Virus record (IMG/VR): IMGVR_UViG_3300007508_000607
Coordinates: 8 to 64,007 of that record
Length of the DNA stretch: 64,000 bases
From: a virus
Lineage: Duplodnaviria > Caudoviricetes
Reading direction: 5' to 3' (one strand)
Below the pieces are notes generated by a model. The model was not told where the DNA came from. It did not search any database and worked only from the letters and a program-made list of their open reading frames with translations. The first letter of the stretch is position 1; each line of letters opens with the position of its first letter. Below, in pieces: positions 63,864 to 64,000 of the stretch. The position numbers and the translations under genes were made by a program.

Positions 63864-64000
63864 TGCCTACTCTTTCTAAAAATATATCGGGATATTGAGA
63901 AAAAACTGTATTAGACACCGAGCAAATCGGTCCTCCCGGACCTACTGGAGATACCGGAGCTCAAGGTCAGACAGGAGATCAAGGAGCTCAAGGACCAACC
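63863..64000 (+). CDS. Collagen-like (Gly-X-Y) protein, 3' partial (TGA=Trp at 63896)
   Basis: GTG overlapping the previous TAG; GPPGPTGDTGAQGQTGDQGAQGPT. Confidence 0.75.

Noticed and set aside
1329-64000. Mass pseudogenisation of + strand genes
   Set aside because: Breaks are all TGA, in frame, at Trp positions and in essential tail genes; there are no matching TAA/TAG breaks
1329-64000. TGA = Gly (code 25) or selenocysteine
   Set aside because: The internal paralog pair and conserved family motifs show Trp; sites are not catalytic Cys positions
1-64000. CRISPR array, tRNA, rRNA, transposase, intron or intein
   Set aside because: No direct-repeat array, cloverleaf or transposase motif seen; PolA, NrdJ and helicase have normal uninterrupted lengths

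Overview
AT-rich segment of a large tailed (myovirus-like) bacteriophage genome with no rRNA, tRNA, CRISPR array or IS element visible. There are three blocks: + strand late genes at 1-10.7 kb (fibre, glycan-modification enzymes, neck, sheath, tube); a - strand early/replication block at 10.8-34.1 kb (PolA, sigma factor, class II RNR, primase-helicase, recombination genes, CCA-like enzyme, deformylase); and + strand late genes at 34.5-64 kb (tail chaperone, tape measure, baseplate, fibres, glycosyltransferases, collagen-like protein). Key point: the supplied code-11 ORF track is fragmented because TGA is read as Trp (code 4). About 50 hand-counted in-frame TGAs join + strand fragments into full genes, many at family-conserved Trp positions. 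The core early genes use only TGG for Trp and TAA/TAG for stop, so they read correctly in either code, which suggests a code switch during infection. The early block also carries a compact phage-encoded ubiquitin-like cassette (Ubl ending GG, JAB protease, ThiF/E1, and a large protein with a candidate E2-like Cys), a structured ~200-nt non-coding leader, a CCA-adding enzyme with degenerate NTase motifs and a pseudo-dUTPase. Family assignments are by motif recognition only; no searches were run.
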